A stretch of DNA of 43,003 nucleotides from an uncultured Candidatus Saccharibacteria bacterium (GTDB taxonomy: Bacteria > Patescibacteriota > Dojkabacteria > SC72 > JAFGCJ01), in contig CAZDUZ010000002.1 in NCBI GenBank assembly GCA_964508755.1, forward strand, positions 3,395-46,397. The letters are read 5' to 3'. The translations under genes and the position numbers were made by a program. Below are positions 9,968 through 19,352 of the stretch, in pieces (the first letter of the stretch is position 1; every line of letters begins with the position of its first letter). The notes under the pieces were generated by a model. The model had not been told where the DNA came from. It made no database searches and saw only the letters and a program-made list of their open reading frames with translations.

Positions 9968-11794
9968 TTATTGTTTTCGAGACGAACAGTCGGGGCAGAC
10001 TGCGTACTCTTTTCTTTCTTTGTACTCTTGCTTCTTTCCGTTATTCCAAAGTTGGACAGGGCGGTAGTAACCAACGATTCGTGAATAAATAAGAGGATGT
10101 TCCTTGCACGGATTGCCTTTTTCGTCAGTGTGAGGACATTCCTTTGATTCACCCTTTATGTAGCCATGTTCAGGGCAGACTGAAAATGTCGGGGTGATAG
10201 AGAAGTAAGGTAACCGGTAATTGCTTGCGATTTTTTTAACAAGCGCTTTGCACTCTTGACCGCTTGCGAGTTTCTCTCCAAGAAATACATGAAAAACGGT
10301 TCCACCAGAATAGGTAGATTGCAATTCGTCCTGTAGTTCTAACGCCTCAAATACATCATCCGTGAATCCTACTGGAAGCTGAGTAGAGTTGGTATAGTAG
10401 GGGTCTCCATTACCTGCGGCAATGATATCTGGGTATTTTTCCCTGTCCTGTTTAGCAAGTTTATAGCTCGAACTTTCTGCAGGAGTTGCTTCAAGATTGT
10501 ATAAGTGTCCTGTTTCCTGTTGGAATTCGACCATACGCTTCTGCATGTAATCAAGGGTTTTCTTTGCGAAGGCGATGCCTTCTTTATCACCAGTCGTCAA
10601 TCCGAACATATTTCTTAACGCTTCGTTCATTCCAAGAATTGCTATCGTCGAGAAGTGATGGACAAAATTACCTAAATAATATTTAGTATACGGCATAAGT
10701 CCTTCTTCGAGATGCTTCGTTACTAAAGTTCTCTTTTCTTCAAGAATTTCCTTACTTAACTCCATCAATTCGTCGAGACGCGAGAAAAATTTCTCTTCGG
10801 ACCCTTTGGATAGATAACCGATGCGAGGGAGATTGATTTCTACAACGCCAATGGAGCCAGTGGATGCCCCACTTGCCCAACGACCGCCGGTAATTTTGTA
10901 GAGTTGTGTCATATCCATTTGAAGTCTGCAACACATTGCTCGTACATCTCCTGGCTTAAGATGTGAATTAATGAAATTTTGGAAATAGGGATTACCGTAT
11001 TTAGCCGTCATTTCAAAAAGAAGGTTCACGTTTTCACTATCCCAGTCAAAGTCTTTCGTTAGATTGTAGGTAGGAATAGGAAAAGAGAACGGTTGCCCCG
11101 AAGAATCGCCTTCCATAAACACTTCGATAAGTGCCTTATTGAAAAGATCAACTTCTTTCTGGAACTCTCCGTACGTTTTCGATTGTAATTGACCCCCGAT
11201 AATGACAGGGTTGTCATTAACGTCATCAGGGATAGTCCAATCAAGAGAAATATTCGAAAATGGGGTTTGTCCTCCATACCGAGTATTTATTCCTAAATTG
11301 TACATAAAGCTTTGAATACTTGCTTTGACTTGAGGATAGTCCAATTTGTCGTAGTAAATAAAAGGTGCGAGAAATGTATCTATAGAAGAAAAGGCCTGTG
11401 CTCCTGACCATTCATTACAGACGATGAGTATGAAACGTGATGCATGATCAAGTGCTGTTTGAAAATGCTTTGCCGGAGCAGCTGTACATTTGTCTGGTAC
11501 TCCGGTAAAACCATCAGTAAGAAGTTTGCGAATATCCCAACCTGCACAATAGGGAACAATATGCTTGCCAAGATCATGAATGTAAATATCACCCTCTCGA
11601 TGAGCTTGTGCTGCTGTTGGGGAAATGAGTGAGGTCAGGGCAAACTCTTTCGTTACCGCTTCTGCAATATATTCCATATAACCGGGAAACGAGTATGCGA
11701 CATTTGCGTTTGCTTTTACTTGCCAGTCACCTTGCGACAAATAGGAACGCGCAAGCGACTCAGCGCTTAGCTGTGTTTGTGTGTTTTTTTTCAT
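9968..11794 (-). CDS. nrdD: Class III RNR, canonical motifs, no ATP-cone
   Basis: YIHDLG, PYCAGWD, NEWSGAQAF, RAMCCRL, EATPAES, YSGGTVFH, YSRIVGYY. Confidence 0.93.
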   Translation of the reverse strand: MKKNTQTQLSAESLARSYLSQGDWQVKANANVAYSFPGYMEYIAEAVTKEFALTSLISPTAAQAHREGDIYIHDLGKHIVPYCAGWDIRKLLTDGFTGVPDKCTAAPAKHFQTALDHASRFILIVCNEWSGAQAFSSIDTFLAPFIYYDKLDYPQVKASIQSFMYNLGINTRYGGQTPFSNISLDWTIPDDVNDNPVIIGGQLQSKTYGEFQKEVDLFNKALIEVFMEGDSSGQPFSFPIPTYNLTKDFDWDSENVNLLFEMTAKYGNPYFQNFINSHLKPGDVRAMCCRLQMDMTQLYKITGGRWASGASTGSIGVVEINLPRIGYLSKGSEEKFFSRLDELMELSKEILEEKRTLVTKHLEEGLMPYTKYYLGNFVHHFSTIAILGMNEALRNMFGLTTGDKEGIAFAKKTLDYMQKRMVEFQQETGHLYNLEATPAESSSYKLAKQDREKYPDIIAAGNGDPYYTNSTQLPVGFTDDVFEALELQDELQSTYSGGTVFHVFLGEKLASGQECKALVKKIASNYRLPYFSITPTFSVCPEHGYIKGESKECPHTDEKGNPCKEHPLIYSRIVGYYRPVQLWNNGKKQEYKERKEYAVCPDCSSRKQ

Positions 11795-11823
11795 AACGGG
11801 GTTCAGGCAGTTATGTGATCTCC

Positions 11824-11852
11824 ATCCTACGCATGGTCACGACTCTCGTCAA
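11824..11852 (-). promoter_or_regulatory. Putative sigma70 promoter of nrdD-nrdD-nrdG
   Basis: Minus strand TTGACG-17 nt-TAGGAT, about 30 nt before ATG 11794. Confidence 0.6.
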
Positions 11853-11970
11853 ATATCGTCAAGAATGTTGTCGTAAAGCAATGTCTAGAAAGTACAGATC
11901 CTGTGGAGAAAATTCTACGGAAACTGAACCGACAGAAAGTACGCCACTATAATAGTTTCTAACAAACAGT

Positions 11971-12711
11971 TTACGAACCGCTCATGATTCCTTTAAAGAT
12001 GTTTCCACCAATACCTGCAACCCCTCGGCTTTCTCCTTGATTTGATCCTATTGCACCGGCGATTTTTTCTGCCATTCGCGAGAATGGAAGGGTTTGAATA
12101 AGTACTTTACCTGGACCGGTCAAATGAGCTACAAAGAGACCTTCTCCTGCAAAGATGCTTGTTTTGATGTTTCCAATACTTTTAATGTCATAGTCAATTG
12201 AGTCATCCATTGCGACAATACAACCAGTATCTACACTCACACTTTCTCCCGCTTGGAGTTCCATCTCGATGAAGTTCCCGCCTGCACTGATAAAAACTTC
12301 TCCACTCCCGGTGATCTTTTGAAGAATGAATCCTTCTCCTCCAAAGAATCCAAAGCCGAGACGTTTTGTAAACGTTATATCTGTTTCAATTTGGCCAAAT
12401 GCTGCAAGAAAAGCATCTTTTTGGCAGATAAGCGATGAATTGTTTAATGTGTACTTTTTTATGTGACCTGGTATTGGCGAGGCGAGGCCAAGCTCAGCGT
12501 TTTCACCGGTTGCGTCAAACTTTATAAGAAATAGACTTTCGCGGGTAAGGGTTCTCTTTAATGCACCCATGAGTCCTCCCTTTAATTCCGCATCAATCGC
12601 AATTCCACCTTTCATGTACATCATTGCCCCTGCTTCTGATACTATTTGTTCACCTTTTGAAAGATTGAAAATCACCGCCTGCATATCGTCTCCAATAATT
12701 GTATGTTTCAT
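11971..12711 (-). CDS. AIM24/TIGR00266 family protein
   Basis: EAGAMMYM, CQKDAFLA, FFGGEGFILQ, VDTGCIVA, GEGLF, GPGKVLIQTLP. Confidence 0.9.
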   Translation of the reverse strand: MKHTIIGDDMQAVIFNLSKGEQIVSEAGAMMYMKGGIAIDAELKGGLMGALKRTLTRESLFLIKFDATGENAELGLASPIPGHIKKYTLNNSSLICQKDAFLAAFGQIETDITFTKRLGFGFFGGEGFILQKITGSGEVFISAGGNFIEMELQAGESVSVDTGCIVAMDDSIDYDIKSIGNIKTSIFAGEGLFVAHLTGPGKVLIQTLPFSRMAEKIAGAIGSNQGESRGVAGIGGNIFKGIMSGS

Positions 12712-12734
12712 GGCTTAATCTGAATTAGAATTTA

Positions 12735-13313
12735 TTAATTAAGTTTCCGGACTACCTGTGCCGGATTTCCTATAACAATAACATTATCCGGAATATTTGT
12801 CCTTACAATACTGCCAAAGCCTACGATTGAGTTATTTCCTATTGAAACACCTCGCAGGACGGCGCTTCTACCCGCTATCCATACATTGTCTTCTATGTTG
12901 ATAGGTTTTTGAATAACGGAAGCGGAAGGGTTGGTGGCACGATCAACATTAATACTATGAAAGTCGGTATCCATAATGGTAGTCGATCCGAGTATACAAT
13001 TGTTGCCAATTGATATTGAGACTGCTGACTGGATTTCTGCACCGTTAAGCCGGACATTATTCCCGATGGTTATAACTGCGTCAGGTGATAGCGTAATTAT
13101 TCTGTTCGGTTCTTTCCGGGCCCATGCGCAAACATTGTCTCCAAAGCATACTTTTCCCGGACCAGAGATGGTAAGCAAACCATTTGTGATGAAGCCTTTT
13201 CCAAAGTGTACCTTCCCTCTATAGAAAAGACGGTAAGGAATAGTAAGAAGATAGCTTCCAATTATTGCGATTCGATTAATAAAAGAATTATTTCGAGGAC
13301 CATTCGTAATCAT
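12735..13313 (-). CDS. Hexapeptide-repeat (LbH) O-acetyltransferase
   Basis: DTDFH, IEDNVWI, GVSIGNNSIVG, GNPAQVV. Confidence 0.88.
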   Translation of the reverse strand: MITNGPRNNSFINRIAIIGSYLLTIPYRLFYRGKVHFGKGFITNGLLTISGPGKVCFGDNVCAWARKEPNRIITLSPDAVITIGNNVRLNGAEIQSAVSISIGNNCILGSTTIMDTDFHSINVDRATNPSASVIQKPINIEDNVWIAGRSAVLRGVSIGNNSIVGFGSIVRTNIPDNVIVIGNPAQVVRKLN

Positions 13314-13329
13314 ACTTAGTATTATAACA

Positions 13330-14748
13330 CTACACCAATCCTTCTATTATTTCCCGAACTTTTTGTGCATCCGCTTTTCCTTTTACTTCCTTCATCATTT
13401 GACCGACTAAAAACATTACAGCGTTAGGGTTCTTCTTCATATCTTCGACCGCCTTGGGATTTTGGTCTATGATACCTTTTGCAATTTTTTGAAGTTCTGA
13501 ATCGTCACTGATGACTGTAATTTTTCTAGATTTCACCAGTTCTTCAGAGAGATTTCCCGATTTAACCGATTCCTCAAATATCTCTTTAAGAACACTGCGT
13601 GGATAGTTACCGAGAAGTACAAGTTTTGCAATACTTTCTAAATGTTTAGCACCTGCAGTAGAAGATTCATATTTAATAGTTAACGCTGCAAAATCTCCCA
13701 CCAGCCATTTGGCAACTTCCTGTGCGAAAAGGGGTTCGGAATTATCTTTGACTGCCATGTCAAACAAAGCCGCGGTTTCTGGCTCTTGTATAATCGTTTC
13801 GGCGGTGTCTGATGGAATCTTAAATGTGTCGAGATATCGTTTCTTTCGAATATGGGGGAGTTCTGGGAGAGCGCTTCGAAAAGAAAGGACTTCTTCAGCA
13901 GAAATTTCGATAGGGGGAATATCTGGCTCAGGGAAATAGCGGTAATCTGCCTCGGATTCTTTACTCCTTTGTGAAACCGTCTCTCCACTCATATCGACGA
14001 GTCCTCGCGTTTCTTGTCTCGGAGTATCACCATTCTCCAGAATTTCTTCTTGTCGAACGATTTCTTTTGATATTACTTTTTCAAGGACTGAAATTGACGA
14101 AATGTTTTTAACTTCAACTTTGAATGGGGGAAGATTTGAATCTCCAACAGGCCGGATTGAGATATTTGGTTCAATTCTCATTTGTCCTTTTTCCATATCT
14201 GCATCTGATGCTCCGATATAGCGAAGAATTTGTCGGAGAAGTTTTGCAAAAGCGGTGACTTCTGCTCCAGATTGAAAATCAGGTTCAGTAACAATTTCAA
14301 CGAGAGGTACACCTGATTTATTATAGTCTAATAACGTTTCTGAACCGTAATGGATCGACTTCCCCGTGTCTTCTTCTTGATGAACTCTTCTTATCCGGAT
14401 CATTTTGCTTTTACCTTGTACTTCAATTTCAAGGTTTCCCTCATAACCAATCGGTTGATCGTACTGGGTAATCTGGTATCCTTTGGGAAGATCGGGATAA
14501 AAGTAATTCTTTCTATCAAATTTCGTCTCTTGATTTATTGAGCAATTGAGAGCGAGAGCAATCTGAATAGCAAGATCTATCGCTTTACGGTTTGGGACCG
14601 GAAGCGCTCCGGGAAGGCCAAGGCAGGTGGGGCAGGTGTGAGTATTTGGTTCTGCTCCAAAATAATCAGTAGAACATCCACAAAACATCTTGCTTTTTGT
14701 TTTTGTTTGGACGTGTATCTCTAGTCCAATGACGGGTTCATATTTCAT
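13330..14748 (-). CDS. gatB: Asp/Glu-tRNA amidotransferase subunit B
   Basis: IGLEIHVQ, FDRKNYFYPDLPKGYQITQ, EEDTGK, DYRYFPEPD. Confidence 0.97.
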   Translation of the reverse strand: MKYEPVIGLEIHVQTKTKSKMFCGCSTDYFGAEPNTHTCPTCLGLPGALPVPNRKAIDLAIQIALALNCSINQETKFDRKNYFYPDLPKGYQITQYDQPIGYEGNLEIEVQGKSKMIRIRRVHQEEDTGKSIHYGSETLLDYNKSGVPLVEIVTEPDFQSGAEVTAFAKLLRQILRYIGASDADMEKGQMRIEPNISIRPVGDSNLPPFKVEVKNISSISVLEKVISKEIVRQEEILENGDTPRQETRGLVDMSGETVSQRSKESEADYRYFPEPDIPPIEISAEEVLSFRSALPELPHIRKKRYLDTFKIPSDTAETIIQEPETAALFDMAVKDNSEPLFAQEVAKWLVGDFAALTIKYESSTAGAKHLESIAKLVLLGNYPRSVLKEIFEESVKSGNLSEELVKSRKITVISDDSELQKIAKGIIDQNPKAVEDMKKNPNAVMFLVGQMMKEVKGKADAQKVREIIEGLV

Positions 14749-16178
14749 ACGGCTACTTTTTGCTCAAGATAGTGGGCGAAATTGAACAAGACTTCTTCTT
14801 TAAAATGAGGCGCTATCAGTTGGAGACCTACCGGTAGTCCATTTTGAGATTTAAAACTTGGCACTGATATTGCTGGAAGACCTACGGGGTTAATGGAAAC
14901 GGTGTAGGCATCTGCAAGCCACATCTTTAATGGATCATCAAGATTTTCTCCTAACGTGAAAGGAAGCATCGGCATCGTGGGTGTAGCAATAATGTCGACT
15001 TGATTAAAAGCAGATCGAAAATCTGCTCGTAACTGCTCACGGAGTGCTTGTGCTCGTTTATAGTATTTATCTTGATATCCAGAAGACAGGGTATGAGTGC
15101 CAATCATAATACGGCGTTTTTCTTCATCACCGAAAAGTTTGCCACGGGTCTGTTCCATATACGACGACCAATCATCAGCTTGAACGGTGGGACCAAAGCG
15201 TATTCCATCAAAACGCGCAAGGTTTGAACTAGCTTCACTTAATCCAATTATATAGTAAATAGAAATTGCATATTCGGTGAGAGGGAGGGAAATATCTACA
15301 AGTTCACATCCTGAAGATTCATATTCTTTTAGTGCAAGATTAATGCTTTTACGTACTTCTTCATCGAGACCTTCAGTAAAATATTCCTTTGGAATTCCAA
15401 TCTTTTTGTTTTCTAAGGCTAAGCCCAAGGTTTTTGAGTAATCGGGAACTGGTTCTTGAGGGGTGGTCGCATCCATGGGGTCTTTTCCTGCAATTGTTTG
15501 CATTACTAGTGCTAGATCGGTAACGGTCTTAGTAATAGGACCGACACTATCGTATGATGAAGCGTACGCTATTGCGCCATATCTTGAGACTCTTCCGTAG
15601 GTGGGTTTCAGTCCAACCACTCCACAAAAAGAAGATGGACATCTTATAGATCCGCCGGTATCTTCAGCGATAGAAAATAATCCACCCCCGTAAGCAACAG
15701 ATGCAGCAGAACCACCGCTTGATCCACCTGGTACTTTAGTCGGGTCAATAGGGTTTCTTGTTATTCCATATCCTGAATGTTCAGTTGAGGAACCAAAACC
15801 GAAGGGATCGCAATTTGTTTTACCAATAAGCACTGCTCCTGCTTCATTGAGTTTTTTTACCACTGTCGCATCGTATTGGCCGATGTATCCTTCAAGTATC
15901 TTTGATCCTGCAGTTGTTTGAATACCTTTTGTCATATATACATCTTTAACTGAGTAGGGTATACCTGATAATGGTGAAGTTTTTTTAGATTTTGGCAAAG
16001 AATCAATTTCTTTTGCCTTCGCAATTGCTTGTTCGGTACATATGCTAATGAATGCATGGATATCTTTTTCACGCTCCTCTATTCTTTTTAAGCAAGAAAG
16101 CGTTATATCTAACGAAGTAATTTCGCCTTTAGCGATTTTTGATGATGCGTCTTGTATTGTTAAATCACAAAGTTCCAC
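14745..16178 (-). CDS. gatA: Asp/Glu-tRNA amidotransferase subunit A
   Basis: Amidase signature PGGSSGGS, DTGGSIR, GLKPTYGRVSRYG. Start moved to GTG 16178, just past the gatC stop; the track start overlaps gatC. Confidence 0.95.
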   Translation of the reverse strand: MELCDLTIQDASSKIAKGEITSLDITLSCLKRIEEREKDIHAFISICTEQAIAKAKEIDSLPKSKKTSPLSGIPYSVKDVYMTKGIQTTAGSKILEGYIGQYDATVVKKLNEAGAVLIGKTNCDPFGFGSSTEHSGYGITRNPIDPTKVPGGSSGGSAASVAYGGGLFSIAEDTGGSIRCPSSFCGVVGLKPTYGRVSRYGAIAYASSYDSVGPITKTVTDLALVMQTIAGKDPMDATTPQEPVPDYSKTLGLALENKKIGIPKEYFTEGLDEEVRKSINLALKEYESSGCELVDISLPLTEYAISIYYIIGLSEASSNLARFDGIRFGPTVQADDWSSYMEQTRGKLFGDEEKRRIMIGTHTLSSGYQDKYYKRAQALREQLRADFRSAFNQVDIIATPTMPMLPFTLGENLDDPLKMWLADAYTVSINPVGLPAISVPSFKSQNGLPVGLQLIAPHFKEEVLFNFAHYLEQKVAV

Positions 16179-16183
16179 GTGTA

Positions 16184-16501
16184 TTATGAGTGAACAGATA
16201 AAACAGCAGGCATAAGGAAATGTCCATCCTTGGCCCGAGGAGAACCGGAACATGATTCTTTAGAGGTAAATGATTTAGTGACTACATCTTCTCGAAAAAC
16301 GTTTTTAAGGGAAGAACTCTGTGGAGAACTCATAGAAGTTGAAGATGTTTCAAGGCTGTCTATCTTCTCCATATAGGAGATTATTGATGACAATTCCTTT
16401 GAGTATTTTTCGAGTTCGGTTGAGTCTATGGCAAGTTTTGAAAGACGCGCAATCTTTGCTGTTTGTGTTTCATCAATAGTAGATGATTGCTGATGAGACA
16501 T
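16184..16501 (-). CDS. gatC: Asp/Glu-tRNA amidotransferase subunit C
   Basis: IARLSKL, NVFREDVV, GHFLMPAVL; upstream of gatA. Confidence 0.9.
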   Translation of the reverse strand: MSHQQSSTIDETQTAKIARLSKLAIDSTELEKYSKELSSIISYMEKIDSLETSSTSMSSPQSSSLKNVFREDVVTKSFTSKESCSGSPRAKDGHFLMPAVLSVHS

Positions 16502-16737
16502 TTCTGAATTTTATTTCTTAAATTTCTTAAATAATAGTGTAAACCGATCCATAGAATTCTCTGACTGGGGTAATTCTACCATCAAAGGTCAACTGTGTGT
16601 TGATATGTTTTCCAATATTGCTATCCGTCACAACGTCTGGTACAATATATGCCGATTTGTGAGTACTGTCTTGTCTGCTTCTTGGATTTCCATAAGTGTG
16701 AGGGCGTGTTTCACATTTCCATGTACTTAAGTTTGTT

Positions 16738-17019
16738 ATGTTATACATGGAAGAGAAGAATAAACTGTTCATAGGAAATGTTTCCTATGACACCACGATC
16801 GAAACGCTCGTGGAATTGTTCGGTAAGTATGGAGAGATTGTCGATTCATACAAACCGATGCGCAAGGGTTTTGCTTTTATCACGTTCAAGACCCCCGAAG
16901 AAGCTGCTGCAGCGATGGAAGCTATGAATGGCCAAGTCGTTGACGGACGCGAGATCTTCATCAACCTCGCTCGACCTCGTGAAGAGCGACCTCAAAGAAA
17001 TTATTCCTCACAGGACTAA
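16738..17019 (+). CDS. Single-RRM RNA-binding protein
   Basis: RNP2 LFIGNV, RNP1 KGFAFITF, GREIFINLARPRE; start may be 16747. Confidence 0.93.
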   Translation: MLYMEEKNKLFIGNVSYDTTIETLVELFGKYGEIVDSYKPMRKGFAFITFKTPEEAAAAMEAMNGQVVDGREIFINLARPREERPQRNYSSQD

Positions 17020-17064
17020 TCAATTGAGGCCTGCAGTTATCTGCAGGATCAAGTGTGATACAAT

Positions 17065-17097
17065 AACGGCAGGACACCAGTCCTGCCGTTTTCTTTT
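17065..17097 (+). terminator. Intrinsic terminator
   Basis: Perfect 11-bp stem AACGGCAGGAC-acca-GTCCTGCCGTT followed by TTCTTTT. Confidence 0.8.
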
Positions 17098-17127
17098 CGT
17101 GGCAATAATTTGTTACGAGAGTGTTGA

Positions 17128-17877
17128 ATGAAAGGGCTTTTTTGTTTTCTCGGATGTTTTATTGCGATTCTCCTCCTTGGTGTGGGCGGAGTTATTGCAT
17201 ATCTTGGATATCAAGGATTTGTTCCGGGTGTATCAGAATTTTTTGGATCGACAGAACCGAAGGATTTAGGGGTAACCTATACAGATGCTGATTATGAAAG
17301 TTTTATGGTTAAATCTGGAGCCACGACGAATCTTATGACTCAAGCGGATTCTCCTTCAGAAAGTATTTCTTTTACTGGGGCGAAAGATTTTCAATCAGTT
17401 CCCTTTTCTCAGTCAGAAATTACTGCTCGTGTAAATAATATCCAATGGGCATATACACCTATGCGAGAAGTTCAAGTGAAGTGTAATTTGGATGGTACGA
17501 TGGAAGTATCGGGGGTTTTTATCATTGACAATCTTGTTCCTTTTCTTAGTGCAATTGGTTATTCAGTTTCACAAGAACAGCTTGATAAAGCTTTAGAGAA
17601 TGTTGGGAAAATTCCTGTAGACCCAGTTTTTTATATAAAGGTTTTCCCTATAGTGTCTAATAATACTGCTGATATTACTATTCAGGAGTTTGAGCTTGGG
17701 AGATTAGAAATCGATGTATATCCATACGGTGGTGACTCAGTGTTAAGCGAAATTGTAACTAAAGTCTTTAATGAGGTTGATGGTTTTTATGTCAGATCCG
17801 GTGTAATTAATGAAGGTGAGCTTATCTTTGATGGGACTGCTCCGACTTCAGTAACGGTGTTACCAGATCAGGAATAG
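17128..17877 (+). CDS. Hypothetical N-terminally membrane-anchored protein
   Basis: 249-aa ORF, hydrophobic N-terminus, acidic soluble domain; family not recognised. Confidence 0.75.
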   Translation: MKGLFCFLGCFIAILLLGVGGVIAYLGYQGFVPGVSEFFGSTEPKDLGVTYTDADYESFMVKSGATTNLMTQADSPSESISFTGAKDFQSVPFSQSEITARVNNIQWAYTPMREVQVKCNLDGTMEVSGVFIIDNLVPFLSAIGYSVSQEQLDKALENVGKIPVDPVFYIKVFPIVSNNTADITIQEFELGRLEIDVYPYGGDSVLSEIVTKVFNEVDGFYVRSGVINEGELIFDGTAPTSVTVLPDQE

Positions 17878-17925
17878 TTAGTGATCGTGTTGTGATATTT
17901 TGTCAGCAGCGGTCCTGTTTAATGC

Positions 17926-18657
17926 TTATAAGCACTCTTTAAGCTGAAGTCCGCCGTCAATCGTATAGTTACCACCTGTTACCGCAGAGTTGCTGATAAG
18001 ATTAACCACAAACTTAGCAACCTCAGAAGGCTGTATAAATCTTTGAATCGGAACCATTTTCATACATGTATGTTTTTCTTCGTTAGTAAAGCTGTTCCAG
18101 ATCGGAGTGATGGTATATCCAGGTGTGACTGAAAATACACGGATTTTGGGTGCCTTCATGAGAGCCAGGTTTTCAGTGAATTTGAGTAGACCAGCTTTGG
18201 CAATACTGTAGGCTAGGGAATTGCGGAAAACAATGCCTTGAGTACCAGCGAGAGAAGCAATATGCACAATGACACCGCCATCCTTTTCCATGAGTGGAAG
18301 TACTCGTTTGGTGCATTCAACAGCTCCAAACAAATTGACGTCAAAGGTTCGTTTCCATTCTCGAGTATCTAAAGGATCAGGTGCTGTTTCTTCAATTCCT
18401 ACGGTGTTAATAAATACGGACAGTTTTTTAGTTACTTTATGGAGAGAAGTAAACATTGAATCAATGTCCGCTATGTTTGCAAAGTCAGCTTTAAGAGGTA
18501 TTACCCTTGGCGAAAATGAAGACGTTTCTTTTTGAGAGTTGCCGTGAGCGAAGATTGTTTGGTCATTACCTTCAAGTTCTTTGAGAATTGCTGAACCTAT
18601 TCCACCAGTTGCTCCTGTAATAAGGATGGCACGCTTATCTTTTTCGATATTACTCAC
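17926..18657 (-). CDS. Short-chain dehydrogenase/reductase
   Basis: TGATGGIG, VNLFG, YxxxK (YSIAK), IDGG. Start moved to GTG 18657 because the track ORF reads through the tRNA. Confidence 0.9.
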   Translation of the reverse strand: MSNIEKDKRAILITGATGGIGSAILKELEGNDQTIFAHGNSQKETSSFSPRVIPLKADFANIADIDSMFTSLHKVTKKLSVFINTVGIEETAPDPLDTREWKRTFDVNLFGAVECTKRVLPLMEKDGGVIVHIASLAGTQGIVFRNSLAYSIAKAGLLKFTENLALMKAPKIRVFSVTPGYTITPIWNSFTNEEKHTCMKMVPIQRFIQPSEVAKFVVNLISNSAVTGGNYTIDGGLQLKECL

Positions 18658-18695
18658 GGAATGAAAACAACAATACAAATAGGATGAGATTTTTT

Positions 18696-18766
18696 CTGCG
18701 GGACCAGGAGTCGGACCTGGATTCACGGCTCCAAAGGCCGGTGTCCTACCATTAGACGATCCCGCA
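18696..18766 (-). tRNA. tRNA-Gln(UUG)
   Basis: Cloverleaf: TGCGGGA/TCCCGCA acceptor (U1-A72), CCGGC-CT-TTG-GA-GCCGT, T arm CCAGG-TCCGACT-CCTGG; CCA not encoded. Confidence 0.93.
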
Positions 18767-18859
18767 TTTAAAGAAACCCATATGCTAAAAAACAATTTTT
18801 GAATTTGCTCGCAATTGTATCACGAAGCATATCCTATCGGAAAATGTTGGATGGTATGG

Positions 18860-19336
18860 TTACCGTGCAATATCAACAAAACCTCCAGCAAAATTCGCCG
18901 AATACACCACTTTTCCATCCTTTTTAATAATTTCCATAGCAACGAACTTTGAAGGTGTCCCATCAACATAGAACGAGTAAGTGAGACCTTCAGCTTCGTA
19001 CTTCTGCGGTCCGCGAAGAGGATAGTCGTCTGTCCCCTGTTTTAAAGCTTCTTGAAGAAAGGCATAAATATCGGAAAAATCTTCAACTGAAGATGCAACT
19101 GTTCCGTAATAGGTCATCATCCAAATGGGTTTGTTATCGAAAAAAACTACTTCACGTCCGCCATAGGGTTCTCCACCAAAATAGTTGTCATGATAATGCC
19201 AGTTATCCTTGTCATACGTGAAGGTTGTTGAGTTGTCCGTTTCTTTCACTTGCTTACTTGCATCTCCGGAGGCATAGCTATTTGCATGTGCTTCACGCAG
19301 GAACGAAATGATATTTTCAATTTGAACTTCCATCAT
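18860..19336 (-). CDS. DUF5680-like protein
   Basis: YHDNYFGGEPYGGREVV...PIWMMTYYG...PLRGP pattern, recognised from memory. Confidence 0.7.
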   Translation of the reverse strand: MMEVQIENIISFLREAHANSYASGDASKQVKETDNSTTFTYDKDNWHYHDNYFGGEPYGGREVVFFDNKPIWMMTYYGTVASSVEDFSDIYAFLQEALKQGTDDYPLRGPQKYEAEGLTYSFYVDGTPSKFVAMEIIKKDGKVVYSANFAGGFVDIAR

Positions 19337-19352
19337 TCAATGGTAAGTAAAT

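Noticed and set aside
16179-16253. N-terminal extension of GatA
   Set aside because: Overlaps gatC; a GTG just after the gatC stop gives a normal-length GatA.
16527-16772. 81-aa minus-strand ORF upstream of gatC
   Set aside because: Overlaps the RRM start in a divergent promoter region and has no recognisable motif.
18658-18795. N-terminal extension of the SDR
   Set aside because: It is the tRNA-Gln gene read in frame.
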